From assembly GCA_036403155.1 (NCBI GenBank), contig DASWRM010000042.1, forward strand, positions 49,463-113,462: a DNA stretch of 64,000 nt, written 5' to 3'. This DNA is from Gaiellales bacterium (GTDB taxonomy: Bacteria > Actinomycetota > Thermoleophilia > Gaiellales > JAICJC01). Both the position numbers and the translations under genes were made by a program. Under the pieces are notes generated by a model. That model made no database searches. It was given only the letters and a program-made list of their open reading frames with translations, and had not been told where the DNA came from. Positions 9,811 to 19,616 of this stretch are shown in pieces (the stretch's first letter is position 1; each line of letters begins with the position of its first letter).

Positions 9811-10454
9811 GCGGCCAGACCGCCGCGGCAGCGGTCGCAGCGCTCGTCTCGCTGGCGTGCACGGTGGTGGTGGCCGGGCGCGCGCTGCGCCGTCCGGTGC
9901 GCCCGCCGCTTGTGGCATGGACGATCGGATTCGCGCTCTTCACCGTGGCGACCGCCGCCCTGTGGTACGGCGCCGCCCGGGGCTGGAGCGACACGACGTT
10001 TCGGCTCTACTACCTGTCCGGCGGCATCCTGGTCGTCGCCTACCTGGCCGTCGGCGAGCTGCTGCTGGTTGCGCCGGCGCGCCGCGCGACGCGGCTGATC
10101 GCAGCCACGATGCTCTGGATCACCTTTGCATCTGCGGCGGCCGTGATCGCGGCCGACGTGAACGGCGCGCAGCTGGCCGCCGCCGGTGCGACGCCGCCGA
10201 ACGGCGCGATGGGAGGGCCGTGGACGACGATCCTCGCCGCGGCGCTGAACACGGCCGGCACAGTCGTGCTGCTGGCGGGGTCGATCGCTTCGGCCCGGCG
10301 CCGGCGCGACGCGCGGCCGCTGCTCGTCGCGGCCGGCGTGGCCGTGATCGCGCTGGCGTCCACGGCGACCCGGCTCGACGTCTACGCGCTGTTCGCGCTT
10401 GGCCAGGCGCTTGGCATCGTGCTGATCCTCGCCGGCCTGGCCTGGCGCCGCTGA
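9807..10454 (+). CDS. Hypothetical polytopic membrane protein
   Basis: ATG 9807 overlaps the holA stop (ATGA). About six Ala/Leu-rich hydrophobic helices. No family recognised. Confidence 0.6.
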   Translation: MSGQTAAAAVAALVSLACTVVVAGRALRRPVRPPLVAWTIGFALFTVATAALWYGAARGWSDTTFRLYYLSGGILVVAYLAVGELLLVAPARRATRLIAATMLWITFASAAAVIAADVNGAQLAAAGATPPNGAMGGPWTTILAAALNTAGTVVLLAGSIASARRRRDARPLLVAAGVAVIALASTATRLDVYALFALGQALGIVLILAGLAWRR

Positions 10455-10457
10455 ACG

Positions 10458-10494
10458 CGTCACAGCGGGCGTTTGCCGTTGCACGGCTGTGACG
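10458..10494 (+). terminator. Hairpin with 9-bp perfect stem (CGTCACAGC / GCTGTGACG), 19-nt loop, no T-tract
   Basis: Begins 4 nt after the stop of the membrane-protein gene. The arms contain the same GTCAC/GTGAC core seen in the leuS-comEA spacer. Confidence 0.4.
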
Positions 10495-10528
10495 AGCAGC
10501 GGCGGCCGAACCGTTCTAGGATCGGGGC

Positions 10529-11032
10529 GTGCGCCCGTCTGCCTCAGCCGTCTCGTCCGCCCTCGCAGCCTCCGCAACGCGGCGGCGGCAGCCCGGCCCT
10601 CCGCGCGGCATGGGCCGGGAGTGGGTCGCCGCGCTCGCGGGCGTGCCGCTCTTCGCCGGCCTCTCGCAGCGGCAGCTGCGCTCCATCGCGCGCCTGGCCG
10701 AGCAGGTGCAGGTGCCCGCCGGCGCCCCGGTGGTGTTCCGTGCCGCGCCCGGCAGCGAGTTCTTCGTCATCCTCGACGGAACGGCGGTGGCCGGGCCGCC
10801 GACCCGCGAGCAGCACCACCTCGGGCAGGGAGACTTCTTCGGCGAGATGTCCGTGATCGACGGCCGGCCGCGCTCCGCAGCCGTCCGAGCCGAGACCGAC
10901 CTGACGCTGATGGTGCTCGGGCGCTCCGCCTTCCTCCGGCTCCTGCGCGAGCAGCCGTCGGTCGGGATCGCGGTGATGACCGAGCTCGCGGCGCGCGTCC
11001 GGCGCCTCGAGGCGGCTACGTCTCGGTCGTGA
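10529..11032 (+). CDS. Stand-alone cyclic-nucleotide-binding (CAP_ED) domain protein
   Basis: ..[12 protein letters not shown].. and ..[19 protein letters not shown].. (FGE..RSA phosphate-binding cassette). No HTH or other output domain. GTG 10529 lies 6 nt after TAGGAT (10517-10522). ATG 10610 is an alternative start. Confidence 0.8.
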   Translation: MRPSASAVSSALAASATRRRQPGPPRGMGREWVAALAGVPLFAGLSQRQLRSIARLAEQVQVPAGAPVVFRAAPGSEFFVILDGTAVAGPPTREQHHLGQGDFFGEMSVIDGRPRSAAVRAETDLTLMVLGRSAFLRLLREQPSVGIAVMTELAARVRRLEAATSRS

Positions 11033-11288
11033 CGCCGGCCGCCATGCGGGCGGCCTGCGACTTGCGGCGGGCGGCCGCGTTCTTGTGGATCGCCTTGCGG
11101 GCGGCCGCGCGGTCGAGCAGCACGACCAGCCGGCGGTGGGAGTCGGCGATCCGCTCATCCTCGCCGCTGTCGACCGCCTCGCGCAGCCGGCGGAAGAGCG
11201 TCTTGATCTGGGTGCGATAGCGCAGATTCTCGAGCCGCTGTCGGGCGGCGAGGCGTACGCGCTTCTCCTGCTGCTTCGAATTCGCCAT
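11016..11288 (-). CDS. rpsT: 30S ribosomal protein S20
   Basis: [30 protein letters not shown].. GGAGGGG SD 8 nt upstream. Confidence 0.95.
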   Translation of the reverse strand: MANSKQQEKRVRLAARQRLENLRYRTQIKTLFRRLREAVDSGEDERIADSHRRLVVLLDRAAARKAIHKNAAARRKSQAARMAAGVTTET

Positions 11289-11315
11289 AGAAAAGCCCCT
11301 CCGCGGGGCCGTCGG

Positions 11316-11331
11316 ACTATAGCACTAGACT
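11316..11331. promoter_or_regulatory. Back-to-back -10 elements: TATAGT (minus, rpsT) and TAGACT (plus, murJ leaderless)
   Basis: Plus strand ggACTATAgcacTAGACTctcccgccgATG. TAGACT lies 9 nt before the murJ ATG. On the minus strand, TATAGT precedes a ~27-nt SD-containing rpsT leader. Confidence 0.5.
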
Positions 11332-11340
11332 CTCCCGCCG

Positions 11341-12906
11341 ATGGCAGACACCCGCCGGCTGGCGACGTCCACGGCCGTCTTCGGAGCGGCCACCGCGATC
11401 TCCAGAGTGGCGGGCCTGGTACGGGAGAGCGCCGCGGCCGCCGTGCTCGGCTCGGGCTCGGTCTACTCGGCGTTCACGGTCGCGTTCAACCTGCCCAACC
11501 TGATCCGGGCGATCGTCGCCGACAACGCGATCAGCGCCGCGTTCGTGCCCGTGTTCCTCGAGCTGCGCGAGCGTGGGGAGGAGCGGGAGGCCTGGCGTGT
11601 CGCCGGCATGGTGATCTGGACGACGGCCGTCGTGCTCGGGGCCCTGTCGGCGCTGTTCATGCTGCTCGCCCCGCTGTTCGTCCCGCTCCTGCTGCTCGGC
11701 AACGGCAACGTCAGCTCCGATCTCGTCGTGTCGCTGACCCGCTGCCTGTTCCCGATCGTGGTGCTGATGGGGCTGACCGGCGTGGTCACCGGCATCCTCA
11801 ACGCCGAGCGCATCTTCGGCGTGCCGGCGTTCGCGCCGGTCGTGTGGAACCTCGTCATCATCGCGGCGCTGTTCGGCTTCGCCCGGCACGGGTCGCTCGA
11901 GTACCGGGCGCACGTCTATGCGATCGGCATCCTCGTGGCCACGATCGTCCAGCTGATGATCCCGCTGCCGCTGCTCCGCGGCCGCGGCACCGGCCTGGCC
12001 TTCCAGCTCGGCTTCGGCAACGAGCACGTGCGGCGGGTGCTGCGGCTGATGATCCCCGTCTCGCTGGGCCTCGGCCTGATCAACGTGAACCTGACGCTCG
12101 ATACGCTGATCGCGACGCATCACAGCGACACCGCCGCCGGCGACCTCGGCTTCGCCTTCCGGCTCTTCATGCTGCCGCAGGGGCTGTTCTCGGTGGCCGT
12201 GTCGTCGGTGCTGTTCCCGGAGCTGGCGCGCGCGGCCGGCGCCCGCGACCTGCCCGAGCTCTCCCGCATCGTCTCCCGCGGAGCCCGTGCCATCGTCTTC
12301 CTCCTGCTCCCCGCCGCGGCCGTCTCGATCGCGCTCGCCTACCCGGTGGTGCGCCTGCTCTACCAACACGGCCAGTTCGACGCGGGCGATACCCGGCGCG
12401 TCGGCGCGACGCTGATCACCTTCTCGCTCGGGCTGGTCGCGAACGGCCTCTCCCTGCTCCTGACGCGTGCCTTCTTCAGCCTGCAGGAGCCGCGCGTGCC
12501 GACGCAGGTGGCTGTCATCAACCTGGTTCTCAACCTCATCCTCGACATCGCGCTGCTGCACTTCGGGGCTGCCGGCATCGCCCTCGCCACGGCGGTCGTG
12601 ACAACCTTCAACGCCGTGGCGCTGGCGCTGCTGCTCCGCCGCCGCGTGGGGCTGATGCACGGCCGCGAGATCGCGCGGGCGACGCTCCTGACCGTCGTTG
12701 CGACCATCTACTGCACCGTTGCCGCCCTTGGCACCTGGTATCCGCTCGACCAGCTGCTCGGCCACACGCTGGGTGCCCAGATCGTGTCGCTCGCGCTCGG
12801 GCTGCTCGCCGGCGCAGCCGCGTACCTCGCGGCCGCACGCTTCCTCGGCCTCGAGGAGGTCGGCATCCTCACCAGCCTGGTGCGCCGCCGCGCGGCGCCC
12901 GCCTGA
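11341..12906 (+). CDS. murJ: Lipid II flippase MurJ (MviN)
   Basis: N-terminus ..[38 protein letters not shown].. is typical of MurJ. About 14 TM helices. Confidence 0.9.
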   Translation: MADTRRLATSTAVFGAATAISRVAGLVRESAAAAVLGSGSVYSAFTVAFNLPNLIRAIVADNAISAAFVPVFLELRERGEEREAWRVAGMVIWTTAVVLGALSALFMLLAPLFVPLLLLGNGNVSSDLVVSLTRCLFPIVVLMGLTGVVTGILNAERIFGVPAFAPVVWNLVIIAALFGFARHGSLEYRAHVYAIGILVATIVQLMIPLPLLRGRGTGLAFQLGFGNEHVRRVLRLMIPVSLGLGLINVNLTLDTLIATHHSDTAAGDLGFAFRLFMLPQGLFSVAVSSVLFPELARAAGARDLPELSRIVSRGARAIVFLLLPAAAVSIALAYPVVRLLYQHGQFDAGDTRRVGATLITFSLGLVANGLSLLLTRAFFSLQEPRVPTQVAVINLVLNLILDIALLHFGAAGIALATAVVTTFNAVALALLLRRRVGLMHGREIARATLLTVVATIYCTVAALGTWYPLDQLLGHTLGAQIVSLALGLLAGAAAYLAAARFLGLEEVGILTSLVRRRAAPA

Positions 12907-12929
12907 ACCTCCGCCTCTACCCTTCATCC

Positions 12930-14742
<1,813 letters not shown>

Positions 14743-14753
<11 letters not shown>

Positions 14754-15819
14754 GCACCTCTATCTCCACGTCCCGTTCTGCGGCCATCGCTGCGGCTACT
14801 GCGACTTCGTGACCGTCACGGGCCATGCCGACCTGCACGAGCGGTACGTGGACGCGCTGATCTCCGAGCTCGCGCGCGAGCAGCCGGCACCGCGCACGAT
14901 CTTCATCGGCGGCGGCACCCCGTCGCTGCTCGGCGACGACCTGCTGGCGCGGCTGCTGGCGTCGCTGCCGCGGTGCGAGGAGCTGACGATCGAGTGCAAC
15001 CCCGAGACGATCACGCCGTCGAAGGCCCGGGTGCTGGTCGAGGGGGCCGTGAGCCGCGTCTCGCTCGGCGCCCAGTCGTTCCAGCCGCACCTGCTCGCGA
15101 CGCTCGAGCGCCGGGCCGCTCCGGCGCGCGTTCTGGACGCCGTCGCCGTGCTTCGCGAGGCCGGTGTGTCGAACCTCAACCTCGACTTGATGTTCGGAGT
15201 ACCGGGTCAGACTCCAGCCGACCTCGAGGCCGACCTCGACAACGTATTGAGCGTACGTCCCGAGCACGTCAGCTACTACGAGCTCGAGGCGAAGCCGGGG
15301 ACCCGGTTCACCCACCGGCACGGGGCGGCGCTGGCAGCACAGAGCGACGCGCTGGAGCGCCACTACGAGACGGTGGTGAAGACGCTGCGGGGCGCCGACT
15401 ATCGCTGGTATGAGACTGCGAACTTCTGCCGCGACGGGCGCCGCTCGCTCCACAATCTCGGCTACTGGGAGGGGCGCGACTACCTCGGGCTCGGCGTCGG
15501 CGCCGTCTCCACCCGGGGTCTGGTGCGGACGCGCAACCTGGCCTCGCTGCCGCGCTACCTCGAAGCCGTCGAGGCGGGGCGCGTGCCGCCCTCGCGGACA
15601 GAGCTGCTGACGCCGTCGGAGCGCGGCAGCGAGCGGGTGATGCTGGGGCTGCGGCTCGACCGGCCGCTTGCACTGTCCGGGCTCGAGGACGTGATCGACC
15701 CCGACCAGCTGGCCCGGATGCGGCGCGCCGGGATGGTCGACGGCGACGACAGTACGATCTCCCTGAGTGAGCGTGGCCGGTATCTGGCCAACGACGTGGT
15801 CAGCACGATCCTGCGATGA
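14743..15819 (+). CDS. hemW: Radical SAM HemN-like heme chaperone (HemW)
   Basis: CxxxCxxC in [14 protein letters not shown]. HemN-like C-terminal domain. GTG start overlaps the lepA end by 11 nt. Confidence 0.85.
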
Positions 15820-16850
15820 GCACCTCCCGCCTCCATCTCACGCCCCGCCAGGTGCTGATCCTGACCAGGGTCGTGACCGACTACATCGCAACCGGCCACC
15901 CGGTCGGCTCCAAGGCGCTCGTCGAGAGCGGTATCGTCGACGCCTCCTCGTCGACGGTCCGGTACGAGCTGGCCGAGCTCGAGTCTCTGGGCCTGCTCGA
16001 CCATCCCCATACCTCCGCCGGGCGCGTGCCGACGGACGCCGGCTACCGGCTGTACGCCGACCAGCTGCTCGAGCAGCCGCTCGGCGCTGCACAGCTGCCG
16101 ATCGACCTCTCGGAGGTGCGCAACGAGGTCGACGCGGCGCTGCGCAACACCACCGAGATGATGTCGCAGGTCACCAACCTGCTGGCGGTCGTCACCGCTC
16201 CGCCGCTCGCGACGGCGGAGATCCGCCACGTCGAGGTGCTGCAGCTCCAGCCGCGCCTGCTGATGGTCGTGGTGATCACGTCCACCGGTGGGGTGACCAA
16301 GCGGATGTTCCCGTTCGAGGACACCGTCGACGCCAAGCTCGTCGAATGGGCCAACGCCTATCTCAACGAGCAGCTCGGCGGCGTGCGGATGGGCGCGCTC
16401 ACGCTGCGCCAGCGGATGTACGACGACGGGCTCTCGCCGCGCGAGCGGGAGTTCCTGGAGGTGCTCGAGCCGGCGTTCACCGAGCTGGTGGGCGGCGACG
16501 AGCAGAGCCTGTACGTCGGCGGAGCGGCGCGGCTGTTCGAAGAGATGCGCTGGGCCGAGCTGGCGGAGATCAACGACATGATGCACGCGCTCGAGGAGCG
16601 GGTGGGGCTGCTCCAGCTGCTGCGCGGCGCGCTCGACTCGAACAGGCTGTACGTGCGAGTCGGCTCCGAGAACGAGATCCCGCATCTGCGGAGCCTCACG
16701 CTGGTGGCCGCCAACTACGGTCTGCCGGCACGTAACCTGGGGACGGTGTCGGTGATCGGGCCGATGCGGATGGACTACGCGACGGCGATCCGCTCCGTGC
16801 GAGGGGCGGCGGCGCTGCTGTCGGAGTTCGTCGAGCAGGTGTACGAGTAG
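15816..16850 (+). CDS. hrcA: Heat-inducible transcription repressor HrcA
   Basis: ..LTPRQVLILTRVVTDYIATGHPVGSKAL.., ..RVPTDAGYRLY... ATGA overlap with hemW. Confidence 0.92.
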   Translation: MSTSRLHLTPRQVLILTRVVTDYIATGHPVGSKALVESGIVDASSSTVRYELAELESLGLLDHPHTSAGRVPTDAGYRLYADQLLEQPLGAAQLPIDLSEVRNEVDAALRNTTEMMSQVTNLLAVVTAPPLATAEIRHVEVLQLQPRLLMVVVITSTGGVTKRMFPFEDTVDAKLVEWANAYLNEQLGGVRMGALTLRQRMYDDGLSPREREFLEVLEPAFTELVGGDEQSLYVGGAARLFEEMRWAELAEINDMMHALEERVGLLQLLRGALDSNRLYVRVGSENEIPHLRSLTLVAANYGLPARNLGTVSVIGPMRMDYATAIRSVRGAAALLSEFVEQVYE

Positions 16851-16890
16851 CGCGGTTTCCGGCGGCGGCCTCCCGGGGAAGTCGTCGCGA

Positions 16891-17676
16891 ATGGCAGCCA
16901 CCGCTGAACGGCTGAGCGCAGGCGAGATCTACGAGCGCGTCCAGTCGAACGCCGAGGAGGAGCTCGGGCGCTCGTGGCCGGCGCTGGCGTTCTCGGGGCT
17001 GGGCGCCGGACTGGCGATGGGATTCACCGCACTCGGCGTGGCGGCCGGGCTGTCCATCCTGGGAGAGGGCCGGTGGCAGGAGTTCGCCGCGACCATGCTC
17101 TACCCGATCGGGTTCATCGCGGTGATCGTCGGCAGGGCCCAGCTGTTCACCGAGAACACCCTGTTCCCGGTCGTGCTGACGCTCCAGCGCGGCGACCGCG
17201 CGACGCTGCTCGACACCGCGCGGCTGTGGGGCGTGGTGTTCGCCGCGAACATCCTCGGCGCGCTGGTGTTCGCGGTGCTGGCCATCAGCGGAGGAGGGCT
17301 GGAGCAGCCGATCGGCGACCGGATGGTCACGCTCGGCGCCGGCGCCGTGCACCATCCCTTCGCAACCGTCGTGGTCAGCGGGGTGTTCGGCGGGTGGCTG
17401 GTCGCCCTTGTCGCCTGGCTCGTCACCGCGAGCCACCACACCATCGGCCAGGTCGCGATCATCTGGCTGCTGACCTTCCTGCTCGGCCTCGCGCACTTTG
17501 CGCACTGCATCGCATCGAGTGACGAGGCGCTCTGCGCCGTGGTGAACGGGACGATCGGCGTCAGCGCCTACGGGGTGTGGCTGGCTGCCGCCACGATCGG
17601 CAACATCATCGGAGGCGTCGTCATCGTCGCCGTCCTGAACTACGGACAGGTGCGGCCGGACACGGAGCGCGGGTAG
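16891..17676 (+). CDS. Formate/nitrite transporter (FNT) family protein
   Basis: Six-TM protein with FNT-like blocks (..LFTENTLFPV.., ..NIIGGVVIVAVLNY..). Confidence 0.75.
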   Translation: MAATAERLSAGEIYERVQSNAEEELGRSWPALAFSGLGAGLAMGFTALGVAAGLSILGEGRWQEFAATMLYPIGFIAVIVGRAQLFTENTLFPVVLTLQRGDRATLLDTARLWGVVFAANILGALVFAVLAISGGGLEQPIGDRMVTLGAGAVHHPFATVVVSGVFGGWLVALVAWLVTASHHTIGQVAIIWLLTFLLGLAHFAHCIASSDEALCAVVNGTIGVSAYGVWLAAATIGNIIGGVVIVAVLNYGQVRPDTERG

Positions 17677-17697
17677 CGCTGAGCCGTTAACAGAGTC

Positions 17698-17738
17698 GCG
17701 CGTCGGAGTGGGGCTCCAGTCCACTCCGACGCGCTTTT
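17698..17738 (+). terminator. Rho-independent terminator of the FNT gene
   Basis: Perfect 14-bp stem GCGCGTCGGAGTGG / CCACTCCGACGCGC, 9-nt loop, then TTTT. Lies 22 nt after the stop codon. Confidence 0.85.
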
Positions 17739-17894
17739 GACTCCGACCCCCCGGCTGCGAGTTGGGCGATGAGACCCCTTGGAGACTGCTGAATCCTTCC
17801 CGGCGGCCCACCGGTTGAGGGTTCGTCTCCGGCACCGCCGTCTCGCGTGCCGTCTTTGCGTTGTAGGCCTCACGATACCGATCGGCGCCTGCTC

Positions 17895-18021
17895 GGTCAA
17901 GTACCCGAAAAGGGTGAAATCAAGTAGTCTGTCAAGCAGTGCTTCACCAGCGAATGTCCCGCTTGGATAAAGGGTTCATGCCAGCGATCACAAATGTTCT
18001 CCGAGACACTGGTCAAGCAGT
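17895..18021 (+). promoter_or_regulatory. Four TCAAG[C/T]AG boxes upstream of the HTH-TPR gene (candidate operator sites)
   Basis: GGTCAAGTAC 17895-17904, TCAAGTAGT 17920-17928, GTCAAGCAGT 17931-17940, GGTCAAGCAGT 18011-18021. The last box ends 11 nt before the TACGGT -10 (18033-18038), which itself lies 6 nt before ATG 18045. Confidence 0.45.
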
Positions 18022-18044
18022 CAGCAATCCGCTACGGTGAGGGC

Positions 18045-19394
18045 ATGGCAGACCACGCCACGAAGGTCGAGACGCAGGGGGTCACCCGCACGGCGCGCGC
18101 GACGGGGGTTGGCGCGCGCGTGCGCGAGGCGCGTCTCGAGGCGGGGCTCACGCAGGGCGAGCTGGGGGGCTCGCGCTTCTCCAAGGAGTACGTGAGCCAG
18201 GTCGAGCTGGGCAAGACGCGTCCGTCGCCTGCCGCGCTCGACTGGTTCGCCGGGCGGCTCGGCGTCGACCGCCTCGCGCTCGCGGGGGAGAGCAGCGCGG
18301 CCGTGCGGGCGGCATGCGAGGCGGCCGTCACGCGCGCCGAGGCGGAGATCGAGGCGCACCGCCATGCCGAGGCGCTTGCCGAGCTGGACGGAGCGAAAGG
18401 GGCGCTCCGTCCCGACGGCGACGAGCGACTGGCGCTGCGCCTGCGCCTGGCGCGGGGCTGGGCACTGCAGAACCTGGGACGGATGGACGAGGCGCTTGCC
18501 GAGCTGGGGGAGGCTCGGCGCGCCGCGGAGGAGGCTGGGTCGAGCGACGCCGTCGCACAGGCGCTGTACCGGATCGGGGTCGTCCGGTACAAGATGGGCA
18601 GCCTGTCGACGGCGGCGTCGCTGCTGGACGAGGCGCTGCGCGCCTGCGAGTCGACCCGCGATCCGTCCGACGCACTGCGGGCGCGGATCTTCAACGCCCG
18701 CGCAAAGGTCCGCCGGCGGCAGAAGGACTTCACCGCCGCGGCGGAAGACGTGGAGCAGGCGCTCGAGCTGGCGCACGCGCTGAACGACGACCGCGTGCTG
18801 GCCGAGACATACCTGGACGCGTCGCTGGTGGCGGAACGGCGCAACGAGTACACGCTGGCCCGCGAGCACGCCGAGCGGTCGAAGGCGCTGTTCGAGCGGG
18901 TGGCCGACCACGAGTACGTCGGCAAGCTCCTGAACAACCTGGGGCAGCTCCGCGCCATCACCGGCAAGCCGGAGGAGGCGGTGCCGCTGCTGCGGGAGTC
19001 CTTCCGCATCGCGGTCGAGCAGGACAACCGGATCGACGCCGCCTTCGCGGCGTCGTCGCTGGCATCGGCACGGATGCACAGCGGAGACCTCGAGGGCGCG
19101 ATCGAGAGTGGAAATCGCGCGATCGAGCTATTGAGTGGGCGCGAGGAATACCGAGAAGAAGAAGGGAACGCTCGCATCGTGATCGGCCGCGCGGCACTGA
19201 AGCTCGGCCGGATCGATCAGGCGGAGCTGTCGTTCACGGCAGCGGCGGACTGTTTCGCCGCCGTCGAGACCGTCAGCCATCTCGCCGGCGCATGGGTCGC
19301 GCTGGGGGATGTCGCGGAGGCACGCGGAGAGTCGAAGAGGGCAGCGGAGCTGTATCGCAGGGCGGCGGACGCCCTGCAGGATGTCCGCTGGTAG
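18045..19394 (+). CDS. XRE-family HTH regulator with long C-terminal TPR-like domain
   Basis: HTH_3-type ..GARVREARLEAGLTQGELGGSRFSKEYVSQVELGKTRPS.., followed by ~350 aa of degenerate TPR helices (..ALQNLGRMDEALAELGEA.., ..LNNLGQLRAITGKPEEAV.., ..GDVAEARGESKRAAELYRRA..). ATG 18045 preferred over 17994, which lies in a lower-GC non-coding-looking stretch. Confidence 0.8.
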   Translation: MADHATKVETQGVTRTARATGVGARVREARLEAGLTQGELGGSRFSKEYVSQVELGKTRPSPAALDWFAGRLGVDRLALAGESSAAVRAACEAAVTRAEAEIEAHRHAEALAELDGAKGALRPDGDERLALRLRLARGWALQNLGRMDEALAELGEARRAAEEAGSSDAVAQALYRIGVVRYKMGSLSTAASLLDEALRACESTRDPSDALRARIFNARAKVRRRQKDFTAAAEDVEQALELAHALNDDRVLAETYLDASLVAERRNEYTLAREHAERSKALFERVADHEYVGKLLNNLGQLRAITGKPEEAVPLLRESFRIAVEQDNRIDAAFAASSLASARMHSGDLEGAIESGNRAIELLSGREEYREEEGNARIVIGRAALKLGRIDQAELSFTAAADCFAAVETVSHLAGAWVALGDVAEARGESKRAAELYRRAADALQDVRW

Positions 19395-19423
19395 GGGAGG
19401 ACCCCCGTGGAGGAGGTAGGCAG

Positions 19424-19540
19424 ATGCGGTATCTGACGAAGCGCCCGACCCTGTTCGTGTGGGCGGTCGTTCTCGCCATGCTGGTGGGCAAGGCCGGTGG
19501 CCATCACAGCCACGGCTTCCACCAGTGGTTCGGCTTCTGA
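19424..19540 (+). CDS. 38-aa micro-protein with signal/TM-like N-terminus and His/aromatic tail (candidate pro-peptide)
   Basis: MRYLTKRPTLFVWAVVLAMLVGKAGGHHSHGFHQWFGF. GGAGGAGG SD with a 7-nt spacer. About 34 of 38 codons end in G/C, as in real genes here. Lies 29 nt after the regulator stop. It is hidden in the track as the tail of spurious ORF 18314..19540. Confidence 0.55.
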   Translation: MRYLTKRPTLFVWAVVLAMLVGKAGGHHSHGFHQWFGF

Positions 19541-19559
19541 GCCGACAGGCGTAGCGGCG

Positions 19560-19587
19560 GAGCGGGCGGCCGAGAGGCCGCCCGCTC
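19560..19587 (+). terminator. 12-bp GC hairpin with GAGA tetraloop after the micro-ORF
   Basis: GAGCGGGCGGCC-GAGA-GGCCGCCCGCTC. No T-tract follows, which I assume (from memory) is common in GC-rich actinobacteria. Lies 20 nt after the micro-ORF stop and 16 nt before the dnaJ -10. Confidence 0.5.
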
Positions 19588-19616
19588 AGTTACCGCACGT
19601 CTCTACACTGCTGCCC

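Noticed and set aside
10458-10528. CRP/GlxR-type site (TGTGA-N6-TCACA) upstream of the cNMP-binding gene and in the GTGAC arrays
   Set aside because: The half-sites have the wrong relative orientation and spacing (TCACA..N21..TGTGA, or direct repeats at 11 nt). The cNMP-binding protein in this window also lacks a DNA-binding domain. The GAACCGTTC palindrome at 10508-10516 has N1 spacing, so it is not an SOS box.
17640-17970. Track ORFs 17779..17970 (+) and 17640..17900 (-) in the spacer before the HTH-TPR gene
   Set aside because: They lack the GC3 bias of real genes here and have no start context. One reads straight through the FNT terminator hairpin. They are treated as non-coding.
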